Assembly (NCBI GenBank): GCA_002633005.1
Contig: NMRA01000032.1
Location: 1-64,000 of the forward strand
Length of the DNA stretch: 64,000 bases
Reading direction: 5' to 3'
Source of the DNA: Phoronis australis
Lineage: Eukaryota > Animalia > Phoronida
In this document: piece by piece, positions 54,301 through 64,000 of the stretch
Layout of the letters: every line of letters begins with the position of its first letter
Numbering within the stretch: the first letter of the stretch is position 1
Notes under the pieces: generated by a model
Database searches by the model: none
What the model was told of the DNA's origin: nothing
Seen by the model: only the letters and a program-made list of their open reading frames with translations
Translations under genes and position numbers: made by a program

Positions 54301-57300
54301 TTCACGACTGTTAATTTTGTTAACGGCAAAATAACTGGTTATACGTATTAGTGACGCAAAATTCTAATTACAAAATGTCTTCGCCACCTCACTGACAGTC
54401 TTGTTAATTTCCTTTCATTTTTGATCATTGGGATCATAATAAAGTTGGCGTCTGCCCACCAGTCATGACGGGGAGTTCTGGGTCATTTTCATGAATACTT
54501 TGGGCTTGTACTGTACCTACCAGTTTCAATTTTCAATGCTTGACATGTTATTTTTCACCCTTGCAGGATTCAGAAACTGATGAATCTCTGCTGGACTCTA
54601 CACTGACTGACGTTACAGACGCTCAACAACCTTTGAAGGTTTGTTTCTCCGAGACACCGTATGACCTGCTGCCCATGATTACGTGGCAGTCATATCGAGC
54701 CTTTATAACGTGTCAGAGATCAATATGTCGTTGTGCAATGCACTGCTTGATGCCGCAGTTTCAACGAATTGTGTGAAATAACATCTGTTGAGATTTAGCC
54801 AGAATTGCAACAAACGTGTTGTTATAAAAAATAATTTGGTTATTTAGTCGCGGTTTTGTGTACTGTAACTATTGGGGTCCACTTTGTGGGCTGAAAATTT
54901 TTTGACTTTCGACGTCTACTTCGTTCATTAAGAGCTGTAGTTTTCAAAAATGAAGTGAAGGTTGGAAGTTAGTATCTTTTGCCCTTATGGCACGCATTTT
55001 AGTTTGTACTATCAGATCACTTCAGATATCACCTGTGGTTGACTTTTACGAAGGAGGATCGTTCTGAAAAGTTACAGCCAACTGTATCTAAATTGTCGCA
55101 CCTTCTGTTGTCTTTAGGGAGAGGGAAATCATTTCTGTCAGACTGGGCTAATAATTTGTGTTTTTGTACCATATAGGTGTCATTAACAAAACTAATAGGA
55201 AATCGCCCCAGTCAACCAGATCTAAGAATATCTTCACAGTTTATATTTGAAGTTCTCGTTTCTTTATAAGGTGTACCGTGCTTAGATCTTGAAATTTTAA
55301 ACCTATATCTGGATGTGTTCAGTAGTCATTCAATTTTCGAGATACTTAATGATATGCATTTGGGTCTAATGTTGAATATTCATGACAATGCTTTACACAT
55401 TGCTTTCTTGCTTTAGATTGGTGCGGGACTGATGTCAGGTGACTACTGCTCAACCACTAAAACTGTTCCCAGCAGTCAGGTGCTGGATAGTCCTGACCTT
55501 GACCTTGCTCGCTATGCTGGACTAGAGGGTGACCCACACAGTGTGATCAATATCTACCTGAGGCGCCAGAAGGCTGAGAGAGGTTGGCATGTACCCAGCA
55601 CACGTCTTTTGTTGTTTGATTAGTTTGAAAATGTTGGTTGTTATCCATGGAAAACAGAAATTCTAAAGTGTTATTTTTGTCCAAAACCTTGACACAAAGG
55701 AAGGGCCTTTGTCCATATGATTCTAGGTTTTAAATATAAGCACCAACTGTAAGTATCTTTATTTTGATTTTCTAATACCATTTTAAGTCAGCTGAATCTA
55801 AACGCAAATTTCAACTTTTATAGTGGCTTTAAAGCGACCTCGCATCACGGAATCTTTTGATTTAGACTACTTACTGATATGCAATTGATCTCAAAATCTC
55901 TCTTAGTAAACTAGAGGTGATTCCAGGGCTGTGAAAGAATTTACAGGTTGCCATGCTTGTTTGCTTGTTATGGTATGTCGTTTTATGCTCGCAGCATCTT
56001 CTTCAGTTCTTTATAAACACAGAAGTCAATTGTCATCTGAGTAAGGAACTAGTTGAGGTCAATTTTATGACAGCAAATCATCTTAACCAATGAAAGTTTT
56101 CCTCTGGGATTGAATGTGTTGTTTTGATTAGCCAAATAAGTGTTGATGGTTGTAAGTGAATGAATGTTTCCTTTTCCTCATGTCAGAGCGCAAGGCTGCC
56201 GAAGAGTATCTGGCTAGGAAGGAGGAGCCTATGTCAGCAGCGTATGAGGATGACTTCACAGAGCAGCGTAGCCAATCAGGAAAGGCTGCAGTGAAGATTG
56301 ACAGAACCCCTGGTGAGTGCTAAACATCAGTTTGAAGAAACGAGCCTCGGGTGTGTTCTGTGGAGTTTTTTGAGGTCAGGCAAAATCATGCGACTGAAAG
56401 GCGCACGCAACCTCGAGACTTCAAAAGGAGGTGAAGTGGCTTCCACCGAACTGATTAGATGGTGAGGTTAATGCTGAACTATGGGGGAAAATTGAATGGT
56501 TTCCTTTGCATCTGTGGCATACAGTATGGAGCACTGTTCAGCTTCTGTGCTGTCCTCTTAGTGCGCAATACTGCCTGGATGAATCATTCTGTAAATCCAT
56601 TCCCAATGCAGATCGTCATATGCAATGAAGTTGAGGTATAGTGGTTATGTCAGATGCTGTCAATGCATGGCAGGTGGATGTCCTGGTTCGGCTTGGGGAA
56701 CAACAATGAAGGATTGACCTTAGATAGAAAGCAGTGTTTCCTTGGCATCAACTGAATCCTCAGTATTCTTAAAACCTTTTGTTGATATTTCTGATAGCAT
56801 GGTACTTGCTACAAATAATGAAACAAAATCCTGCTTCCCTGTCACGAGGGGTCATTACCCATACGACGGGTCATTAGCCATCATGACTGGTCATTACCCA
56901 TCATAACTGGTCATTACCATCATAACTGGTCATTACCATCATAACTCATCATTCTAGCGTTTGTGATGGTGAATTCCACTCGCACTCAGCCATTGTGACA
57001 GGAAATTCTGAGTCGGTTTGTGTGATTATTTTTATTTCAAACATTTCTTGACACAGTTTTATAACCAAAGAGACTTAATTGTGCGATGCATTTTGTTCTA
57101 ACTTGATCCTAAATCTTGAACAGACAAGCCCAGGCTGCCTGTACAGAGCTCCTGCAGTGAGCTTCGCCACTCTAACGAACACAGCATGGATCACCGTGGT
57201 GATCACCAAGACCAAGAAAGTGATGGGACATCGCTGGACGTTGACTCTGTAACAAGGTTTGTTTTGTATCTGCAGAATGTCGCAGGCTCTGTTGGTCGTG

Positions 57301-60300
57301 GAAGATTCAACTGTAGATAACAGTAATGGCTGACATATTTGTATTAATTAAAACATTATGTCTACCTCAGTGATGTTATAGTAATTTTTGGGAGCTTGTT
57401 TGAAAGTGCAAAAATAAATATGGCTTTGTGGACATGACACAAATGGACTGCACTGTCGAATATTTTTAGTATAAGAAGCACCATTCAGTTGGCTTATACA
57501 CTGAAGATTTCCATAGTGACTATTGTTAATTATTGGGTGTTTAGACAAACTTTTCCTTTCCAAAGTATTTGAAAAGACTACTGCATAAACCATTGTCAAA
57601 TTGACCAGAGATTGATAGATTTCTTAGGGAGACTTTAATAGTACCTGTTTTCCCTCCCCAGCTCTGCAGGTAGTACCCCTGTGCGAGGACAATCTGTCCA
57701 GAGCTTGTCCCCAAGTCGTCGACTGAGCCCTGCCTTGTCACGTGACGAACACCATTCAGTGGATGAGCCGTCTGCTTCAACAAAAAAGAGTCAGTCTCGC
57801 TCTTTAAGGATCTACAGGGACAAGCCTGTGGACCGTGAAATCTCACCAAGACGTATCTCGGACAGAAGCGGCAACTCTACTGAGTCAGATTTATCCAGTC
57901 TAAGCGAGGATACAGGGGCTCAGCCCAGAAAAGTAAGCTGTTTTAAAACTTTTAAGTCTTAAGAGTCTTTTGTAGTTGAACTTTCAGTGCTTAGACAAGG
58001 ACCTGAGTTGAATGTGTTTTTGCGACATCAAAGCAATAATATTGCATTGGGTTCTAAGTTCACAGCACACTGTGTTCAGCTGGTGCTTAAATTTCTTGAA
58101 GCTTTTATCTCTATCTCACCACAGTTTGTAAATACTAGCAAAGCACACTTTTATTTATCCTCTAGTTCTATTTTTCCACGATCTCTCAACCGCAACTAAT
58201 ATTCAATTGTTTCACTTTTGTCAGTTTTGTGAGGGTTTTGGTGCACAGTATTTTCTCAATACAAAGTGAAGTGGAGCTGGTGATACAAGTCTGTTACAAA
58301 CAACAAGGAAACTTTGTCAAAAATTGTACGGGGTTTGGGAGAAAAATTATTTAAGTCTTGAATACCACTCACACAAACAGTATTCAGGCATAATGACTTT
58401 TAATTTGCCTTAGTGACTTTGGGCTTAAGCTGAATTCATTGTCAGACCAGCCTTAGTACCTAGAATGAAGGGAGTATTAACAAGACAATTAATAAATGTG
58501 TCTAAGCCATTCTGTAGTTAGAATTTATATTTTGTTGTTAACAGAATTTGTAGTCTTGACAGGAAAACACTTTAACCCTTATCCTGCTGAGCCTCTATTC
58601 AGACTACTTTCCCTGTGTGCTGAGCTATGTAGGTCACCACTACTGCTTTACACTAAGCTGTTGTGGAGGTCACCTAGACAAATGACCTAACAATTTTAAA
58701 TCGGAAATTTGAAGGGGAAATATTAAATTAACAGAAAAGAAGTCAATACAAAACTTGTGCAGAATTTAATGGAGAATTTCACCATATATAGACTTTATCA
58801 TAGCCTTGGTGAAAGTAAACTGATCCACTGTCATCCTCTCCCGTATGGCTCCAGCCATATAATGAAACTCTGTGTCTACACTTACATAAACCTGCCAATA
58901 TCTCCCAAACTAGTAATCACAGCCATATGGTTTAAATTGGAGAACAGTAGAGGAAGTTGTGAAGTATGGAATGCTCATGGTCACATATGTAAACAACATT
59001 CCAGGGCTCTTACAATTTCTGAATGAAAATCAAAAGTGTCCTGGGGTGAGTGCACTCTCCTAGCGCAGCCCAGCTGTAACTTATTATAGTCGATTGAGTA
59101 CACCCAATGCATTTTAATAGGATGATTGTCATGTCGGCTGACCTCGCCTAGCGCAGGATAAGGGTTAATCTGATTGCTTGTATCTGGTACTGTATTGCTA
59201 CAATTCTCTTGACATTTAATGGACATAACTTTGACTAACCAATTTTAGCAAACTTCATCGAAATTTTAAGAACCGTCTGTAGGTCACATGGTCCTATGTT
59301 GTAATCCCTTGGGGAGAGAAAAGTATGGACTGCTCTTTTAGTATTTTCGTAGACAATTCTCCAATCATAATCTGTTTTTGAACCTAGAAAAACATGGAAC
59401 ATCCGAGTTGCATGCTTCAAGTGGCTAATAACCTCAACTTTTATATTCTATTGCTGTTTGAATTAATTGCACTTGTCACTGTGATAAATAAATACAATGC
59501 AAAGCATTGCAATACAGTGCAGCCCTAAGGATGTCCTATACTCCCTGATTTTGCTGTAAAACTCTCCTTGTTTTGCCTGGTTGGCTGCTGAGAGGATGAT
59601 CTTGACTTGTATTCATTGTACTTCTGTCTCCTACATGACAATTTGTGTTAAGTTTCATTGCAATTTTTGCATCAGCAAAGCTGTATGCGCTAGCAGCCAG
59701 GCTCAGCCTCTAGCTCCCTCTTTTGTTTGCTTTGAACACTCCTTAAAATATCAGTCATAGTAAGCGGTTCTCAAAAAAAAAACATCAAACAGAACTGTTG
59801 CTGTATCTGTATTACATTACTGCTTCACAGGAAGCTTCTTCAGCCCTGTCATTGCCTGGCCACACCAGAGAGGAAGCCTCGCTCCGCCTGTCTCCCAATG
59901 CATTACAGCTGCACCTATCTACAGAGCTGAATCGTATGGAACATGCCGATCTCTCTATCCTTCAACTAGCAGAGATAGAGCGTACTCGTGGTATTGCCTT
60001 TGCACAGCAGGAGTCTGTCTCACTGGCACAAGTGCTAAAGGTTGGTAATGTTTCGTGCAAGTCAACCAATACTTACTATTAAATGTGAACATCATTTAAG
60101 CTGAGTAGGCTAAGTACAATCAACACAATGACCTGTAATCACCAAGTCAGGACTACTAAGTGCATGCGAAAATCACCCTCATGGGGACTTTTCATTTATA
60201 CCAGAGAATAGCCGGAGTGTTTCCTGGAAAACAAGTGAAGACTACATTGTAATTTTGGAGTAACGATGAGTCATTGCCAGTATTTTTGGACGTTTTAAAG

Positions 60301-63300
60301 TAAATGGATTTAGATGTCAGATGAAGATATGATGTTTTTACAGGTACTTTTGACATGTCCTTTGTATGGTTTGTGACAAACAGTAACATTCAGCAGCTTT
60401 TCATAAGGGACTGTCCCATTTTGTCCCAAACTGTTAACGTATATTTAGGATACAGAGAAATGTCAGCATTTTGTCTTCAAATTCTATTTGTAATCGATCA
60501 TTATCCTGTGCTTAAAGCATTTCATTATCTACTTTGAAAAATTTGAAAATGAATTTCATGTTTTTTGATTCATGGTAGATTGATTGTTTATCCTCAGTGA
60601 TCTTAAAGTGGTAGTTCTATAATTTTCGCTATGCTGAGTTATGACTGTTGAGAAATCCGCAGTTGTGTAATTTTATTGTATTTCTACGCTTTTTCACCTT
60701 TATGTGATTATGTACCCAAACTTAAGAATTAACATTAGAAGGAAAAAGTTTGCAAAAAGATTATGCATTACCTGCATCGTATAAACAAGACGGTTTCTCA
60801 GTATTTACTAGACTTGGTCTAAAGATTTGCCACAAATTGCCGCTTGTTATTTACAGTGTTGTAATCGACTGTTTTTCTTTCCGTAATTCTCCACTCGTTT
60901 TGCACAAAAGTTGTCAAAACTTTCATGTTTTCCGATGAATGTTTTCAGTCATCCAGTTGGGTCAGTATAAGAAACAATAAATAAATCTACTACTGGACTT
61001 ACGGTATGTAGAGATGGCTACGTTGCGTCCTCCTCTCGAGGACTTCATCAGGCCACTGAGTTGTCACGTGACTTGTCATGTGATCCGTCGTACAGTTTCC
61101 GCGGACTTACCTAGGACATGGGATAGGGCGTTGAAGAGAATCCCTCAGAAACTGTACGACGGATTACATGACAAGTCACGTGACAACTCCGTGGCCTGAT
61201 GAAGTCCTCGAGAGGAGGATGCAACGTAGCCATCTCTACATACCGTAAGTCCAGTAGTAGATTTATTTATTGTTTCTTATACTTTCATGTTTTCATTTTC
61301 AAAGGCTAATTACTGCAAATAACGGAAAATTTACTAACAGTTGTTTATAACATCTCCACGGAACAAACCATGCTAGTAGTAGACTATAATTTTCTTTGTC
61401 TCATTTTTGTGGCAAAATTTGGCGAAATAGAATTTCACTTGTCGGCCATACTGTATGCTTAAGGGTGAGTAATTATGGTACGCATGTAACCACGTAATTA
61501 CAAAGACGCATATTTTACTAAACGATTAGCTTGCGGTTTACACGTAGTTGTACTTGAATTCATCTAGGGTCGCCAGCAGCAACACGACCGTGACATGCAG
61601 CTGCTACAGCTCAAAGCCCGCCAGGAGTCTTTGGAGGCGTCGCGCCAGCTGGACGTCACTCGCCAGCGAGCTGCTGAGGCAGCACAGCAGGCTGCGGCAA
61701 CTCTGGCTAATGTACGCGAACAAAATATGACCGCACTGCATGACTCAACGCGCCACCTGATGGAGAAGCAGACAGAAGCAGCTAGGGCCACAGCATCTGC
61801 TGCCCAGCAACTGGCTCAGGTGAAGTCATGTGACTGTTTGGCAATCTGGAGATGTCAGTTCACTGGATTGTGAAATTTTAACTTTAAAATATGATTTTAA
61901 TCTGGAATCTTTATGTCTTGAAGAAGATGATAATTTGTTTGATATATTAATCTCTACTAAATGTACAGTATTTTTAATTCATCTCAGTTCTATAACTACT
62001 CTCTAGTTACAAGATCAAATGTTTACTTTCTTTCACGCTCATAATGATTTATTCGGCTTAAGGAAGGTTTAACGATTCTGACACACTGTAATTATTTGTC
62101 CAAACAGTGTTTTTTGTCACGCCAAAAATTTTTTTTTTGCGTGAGGTACGTAAACGTTTGTTGCACTGTATTTGTGTTTGTCCTGTTCTTTAGGTACTTC
62201 TATTGAACCACGTGTGTACCGTAAGTTGTAGAAATACTGTGCTAAGTTTGTTGGTTCAATTTCAGGCTAAAGAAGTCTCTGCAGTCCACACAGAGGCCAT
62301 GCGGGATGCCGGCAAGATGGCAACTGAGACGGCAACGGCTGCAGCCACTGCTGCAGTGCAGGCCTCTATGGAGCAAATGAAGAATTACACTCCCTGGTGG
62401 GCTCAGGTACTTCTTTCATTAAAGGAATATAAACTTAACAGGTTTATATTGAAGTGAAATTTTGTTTGAATTCATGTTTTTCGAGTTTTGCATGAAAAAA
62501 TCATTTATTACAACCTGTGTTTGAATTGTACTAGCCAAACATTTCTCTGCAGTGTATCAATGACACGTTTTCTGACTCGTGTTGATATTTATCGGTACCT
62601 GTCGCCATAGACAATTGAACAGGTTATGTGATGTGACCAACAGGTGGCATTTAAGGTACTACATATAAAATAACCCCTAACAGGTCAACATGTCAAGTTT
62701 CTATCAGTCTGTTATAGCACATTTATTTTATACATTTCCCAACTTGGGGTTATAGGATTGTTTTGACAAAAGAACAAATTTCTAACTGAATCTCTTTTGA
62801 TATAAGTATTCAAGTTGAAAACTCAACATTTCTCTGACATAGTTTTGTTTTTGTTTGATGCATTGATGCAAGTTTGTAGTTTCTTATTCGAATTTTGTTA
62901 TTAAATTCCTGTTTTTAATAGTTCACATGCAAAACTGGAACATTTTTATAACACCTTCGACAGCTGTGTTTAAATATGACCACCCTCTCTCAGGGATTTG
63001 TTTTGTGAAATTGACTTAAAACTTAAAACAGAAATTGGTCTTGCGCTCACACTTAATTATTGTTGAAAGAAAAACATTAGCCAAGTTATTATAAGTGTAT
63101 CCAAATCTAGTAATGAGTTATAGAAATTATAGTAACTTGTAGTACTTTGCACTTTTCCTCTAGTAAGATGTAGTTTGTATCTTCACTGGTCCAATCAATC
63201 ACGTTGTGTGCTAACTTCGGATCATTGATGGTTATGAGTTGGTCATGCTTTAGATTTCTTAAAAGCTGCTATGAATGCACCTTTTGTCTATGATTACAAA

Positions 63301-64000
63301 GAACTTTCTCTCTCAACCATTATGTGTTATAAACCTAGTCTCAGCTTGTTCCTCAGTTAGATATGAATGATTTGTAGGCTTTAGGACTTACTGTCTGGTA
63401 GTTTGTTACTGCTCAACACCAGGCTTAAATAAATTGGCTTGGTCATTTTTGCACCACTAAGCAGTACTTTTCATACCAAGAAGTTGCAAATGAAGCTTAA
63501 CCTGAAATTCCTGATTCTGAAATTTGAATTTAGGTCTAAATGTATGTTGAAGTTCATGAAAATCAACTCGTGGGCAAAGCCTACCACCAGTGTCATTTAA
63601 TTTCGTGTGTCTGTCCCAAACTGGAGAATTTTTATTGTATATTATGTGAGGAATAAGCTGAGATCAATTTATTTGCAACAAATGACCTAACAAAAAATGT
63701 TCGACTGTTTTAGTTGTATGTGGACTTGTCATAAACGTAAACACTGTCCTCAAATTGTCGGAGTACTAAGCCTTCAAAATTATTGTTACATTACAGAAGC
63801 AAGCCAGTGCCAAGTCTCAGTCCCACAAGTCCGAGTCAACCCCCGCTTACACTGACACTTTCAGCTCCTACTCCAGTGTGTCACCATCGAAGTCACGCTC
63901 TTCAGCACCTGCTGAGAAATATTCCGACATATCAAGGTCTACTGTGAAGTCAGAGGCCAGTGTGTCAACTGCTAGTAATATCTCTGCTGTTCAGCAACAG
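36218..64000 (+). CDS. CEP350: Centrosome-associated protein 350 orthologue, multi-exon, 3'-incomplete (runs off window)
   Basis: 22 GT-AG exons join in frame. Peptides match recalled CEP350 blocks: RSPLRES, LSKLRERIKEQ..RKVASAPPPQHYK, SWRAGQQVIAKELGP, VRHYDHDDVRKYM..KLEELYKKQRE, SKLDRIKAIKETAKSLENKI, LPGVRNL, GDPHSVINIY, YEDDF, LSPNALQLHLSTELNRME..IERTRGIAFAQQESVSLAQVLK, QQQHDRDMQLLQLKARQESLE. Confidence 0.93.
37471..39691. mobile_element. hAT-like non-autonomous transposon (TIR CAGTGTTCTCCAC)
   Basis: Perfect 13-bp TIRs with ATCTT on both flanks. Decayed basic/acidic N-terminal ORF on the minus strand (MSSAARKRSTAKPKDYFK, from 38502). Confidence 0.75.
39852..39915 (+). CDS. CEP350: CEP350 exon (HDGPGDKKHSSGQYNRKISRR)
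   Basis: TTGCAG acceptor, G|GTAAGT donor, phase 0 to 1, bridges the flanking exons. Confidence 0.75.
39877..40160 (+). repeat. Degenerate ~60-65 bp tandem repeat containing the CEP350 exon end and donor
   Basis: CAGGCCAGTACAACAGRAAAATAAGTCGACRTGGTAAGT-like unit, about 4-5 copies. Confidence 0.8.
40342..41176. mobile_element. Harbinger/PIF-like non-autonomous element
   Basis: TIR GGGACMGTTCACAA with TTA on both flanks. Confidence 0.7.
41377..42036 (+). CDS. CEP350: CEP350 exon (GGSRTPRSPLRES..HLDKDS)
   Basis: TTTCAG acceptor, G|GTATGT donor, 660 nt inside ORF 41274-42128, phase 1 to 1. Confidence 0.9.
42433..42684 (+). CDS. CEP350: CEP350 exon (EALSKLRERIKEQ..RKVASAPPPQHYK)
   Basis: CCAG acceptor, G|GTATAG donor, 252 nt, conserved motifs. 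Confidence 0.9.
42935..43127 (+). mobile_element. Penelope-like GIY-YIG C-terminal fragment in a CEP350 intron
   Basis: TAIVKHGMDTLH..VRILSREN.*.NRKVREEVEI..PKLNRGSGYELQAIY matches the PLE endonuclease tail pattern. Confidence 0.75.
43806..43931 (+). CDS. CEP350: CEP350 exon (EVITVRSWRAGQQVIAKELGP..)
   Basis: TTTCAG acceptor, G|GTGAGC donor, 126 nt, SWRxGQ..LGP motif. Confidence 0.9.
43996..44100. repeat. 11-bp minisatellite (GTGATACACAG/GTGATACACTA), about 9 copies
   Basis: Directly visible in the sequence. Confidence 0.95.
45098..45259 (+). CDS. CEP350: CEP350 exon (ESTPVVKTD..LADLKS)
   Basis: Polypyrimidine tract with TAG acceptor, G|GTGAGG donor, 162 nt. Confidence 0.88.
45490..45612 (-). 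mobile_element. tRNA-derived SINE head
   Basis: Minus strand has A-box-like TTGCCTAGTGG and B-box-like GGTACGAGTCC followed by an ATCCTTGAG core. No cloverleaf. Confidence 0.65.
45847..45948 (+). CDS. CEP350: CEP350 exon (ESDSEDDKKP..RAPKA)
   Basis: CTGCAG acceptor, G|GTATTT donor, 102 nt. Confidence 0.85.
46493..46791 (+). CDS. CEP350: CEP350 exon (VRHYDHDDVRKYM coiled coil)
   Basis: ACAG acceptor, AGG|GTGAGT donor, phase 1 to 0, conserved coiled-coil block. Confidence 0.92.
46950..47047 (+). CDS. CEP350: CEP350 exon (ETVSEMEYRK..HASD)
   Basis: TTTCAG acceptor, AG|GTAATT donor, phase 0 to 2. Confidence 0.85.
47664..47800 (+). CDS. CEP350: CEP350 exon (EEEPPARKH..ELSNR); donor position less certain
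   Basis: CACAG acceptor in phase 2. The A|GTACGT donor gives the phase 1 required by the next exon. Confidence 0.75.
48551..48655 (+). CDS. CEP350: CEP350 exon (TKYSSRLAMISD..PPAQ)
   Basis: TCAG acceptor, G|GTACGA donor, 105 nt open in phase 1. Confidence 0.75.
49051..49359 (+). CDS. CEP350: CEP350 exon (..SKLDRIKAIKETAKSLENKI..)
   Basis: TTTTTCAG acceptor, G|GTAGGT donor, 309 nt. Confidence 0.9.
50000..50184 (+). CDS. CEP350: CEP350 exon (GQSFPHEG..LPGVRNL..HAK)
   Basis: TTCTAG acceptor, AAG|GTAAGG donor, phase 1 to 0. Confidence 0.9.
51376..51486 (+). CDS. CEP350: CEP350 exon (GHGDRPEVVP..QQYLL)
   Basis: TTGTAG acceptor, TTG|GTAATT donor, 111 nt. Confidence 0.85.
51742..51820 (+). mobile_element. 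LINE/SINE 3' tail fragment
   Basis: GAGGGCCCTCTTGGAAAGCAG..CTGAAGAGGTCACCCTC stem-loop followed by (AATA)n. Confidence 0.55.
53897..54119. repeat. 37-bp minisatellite, 6 copies
   Basis: TGTTATTATAGACTTCATCACATTAGTGTGTCRAATT x6. Confidence 0.97.
54567..54638 (+). CDS. CEP350: CEP350 exon (DSETDESLLDS..QPLK)
   Basis: TTGCAG acceptor, AAG|GTTTGT donor, 72 nt. Confidence 0.85.
55417..55582 (+). CDS. CEP350: CEP350 exon (..GDPHSVINIY..)
   Basis: CTTTAG acceptor, G|GTTGGC donor, phase 0 to 1, PHSVINI motif. Confidence 0.88.
56187..56312 (+). CDS. CEP350: CEP350 exon (..AYEDDF..)
   Basis: TCAG acceptor, G|GTGAGT donor, 126 nt, YEDDF motif. Confidence 0.9.
56849..56952. repeat. Degenerate 19-20 bp tandem repeat (GGTCATTACCCATCATAACT)
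   Basis: About 5 copies visible. Confidence 0.85.
57124..57256 (+). CDS. CEP350: CEP350 exon (DKPRLPVQS..DSVT)
   Basis: ACAG acceptor, AG|GTTTGT donor, phase 1 to 2. Confidence 0.85.
57662..57932 (+). CDS. CEP350: CEP350 exon (Ser-rich, SAGSTPVRG..QPRK)
   Basis: CCCCAG acceptor, AAA|GTAAGC donor, phase 2 to 0. Confidence 0.88.
58576..59164. mobile_element. piggyBac-like MITE
   Basis: TTAA|CCCTTATCCTGC..GCAGGATAAGGG|TTAA. Confidence 0.85.
59831..60040 (+). CDS. CEP350: CEP350 exon (..RLSPNALQ..AQQESVSLAQVLK)
   Basis: CACAG acceptor, AAG|GTTGGT donor, 210 nt, the most conserved CEP350 block in the window. Confidence 0.93.
60933..61283. mobile_element. 5'-truncated Penelope-like insertion with inverted pLTRs
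   Basis: 136-bp inverted arms (60964-61099 and 61148-61283), a hammerhead motif in each arm, a PLE-type tail (CTGGATGACTGAAAACATTCATCG on the minus strand), and ACTTTCATGTTTTC on both flanks. Confidence 0.75.
61192..61232 (+). ncRNA. Minimal type I hammerhead-ribozyme-like motif (GCAA variant core); antisense twin at 61015-61055
   Basis: Stem I TGGC/GCCA, core CTGATGA, stem II GTCCTC/GAGGAY, GCAAC in place of GAAAC, GTA cleavage triplet. Confidence 0.6.
61568..61819 (+). CDS. CEP350: CEP350 exon (GRQQQHDRDMQLLQLK coiled coil)
   Basis: CTAG acceptor, CAG|GTGAAG donor, 252 nt. Confidence 0.92.
62266..62406 (+). CDS. CEP350: CEP350 exon (AKEVSAVHTE..PWWAQ)
   Basis: TTTCAG acceptor, CAG|GTACTT donor, 141 nt. 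Confidence 0.88.
63797..64000 (+). CDS. CEP350: CEP350 exon, truncated by window end (KQASAKSQS..)
   Basis: TTACAG acceptor, phase 0, Ser-rich frame open to 64000. Confidence 0.85.

Overview
AT-rich, intron-containing eukaryotic DNA, most likely from a heterozygous marine invertebrate (species cannot be determined from the sequence). It is not prokaryotic, and I found no CRISPR array, rRNA or intact tRNA. The right half (about 30.5-64 kb, + strand) holds the 5' portion of a CEP350 (centrosomal protein 350) orthologue: 22 phase-consistent coding exons from 36218, plus a tentative first exon at 30567. The gene runs off the window end. The left half is intergenic and packed with decayed mobile DNA: Penelope-like (GIY-YIG) retroelement ends carrying hammerhead-ribozyme motifs, a CR1/L2-type LINE remnant, non-autonomous TIR transposons (hAT-, P-, piggyBac-, Harbinger- and Kolobok-like), two tandem THAP-domain (P-element-like) remnants, perfect minisatellites, and a 1.9 kb tandem duplication that is probably a haplotype-assembly artefact. 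It also contains a probable frameshifted TIR-domain immune pseudogene. I found no convincing new biological system. The most interesting leads are an intronic inverted Penelope pLTR hairpin with two variant hammerheads, the TIR pseudogene, the THAP/HBM remnants, tandem copies of a CEP350 splice donor, and a MITE with a 27-bp flanking duplication. All homology calls come from recalled motifs, not database searches.
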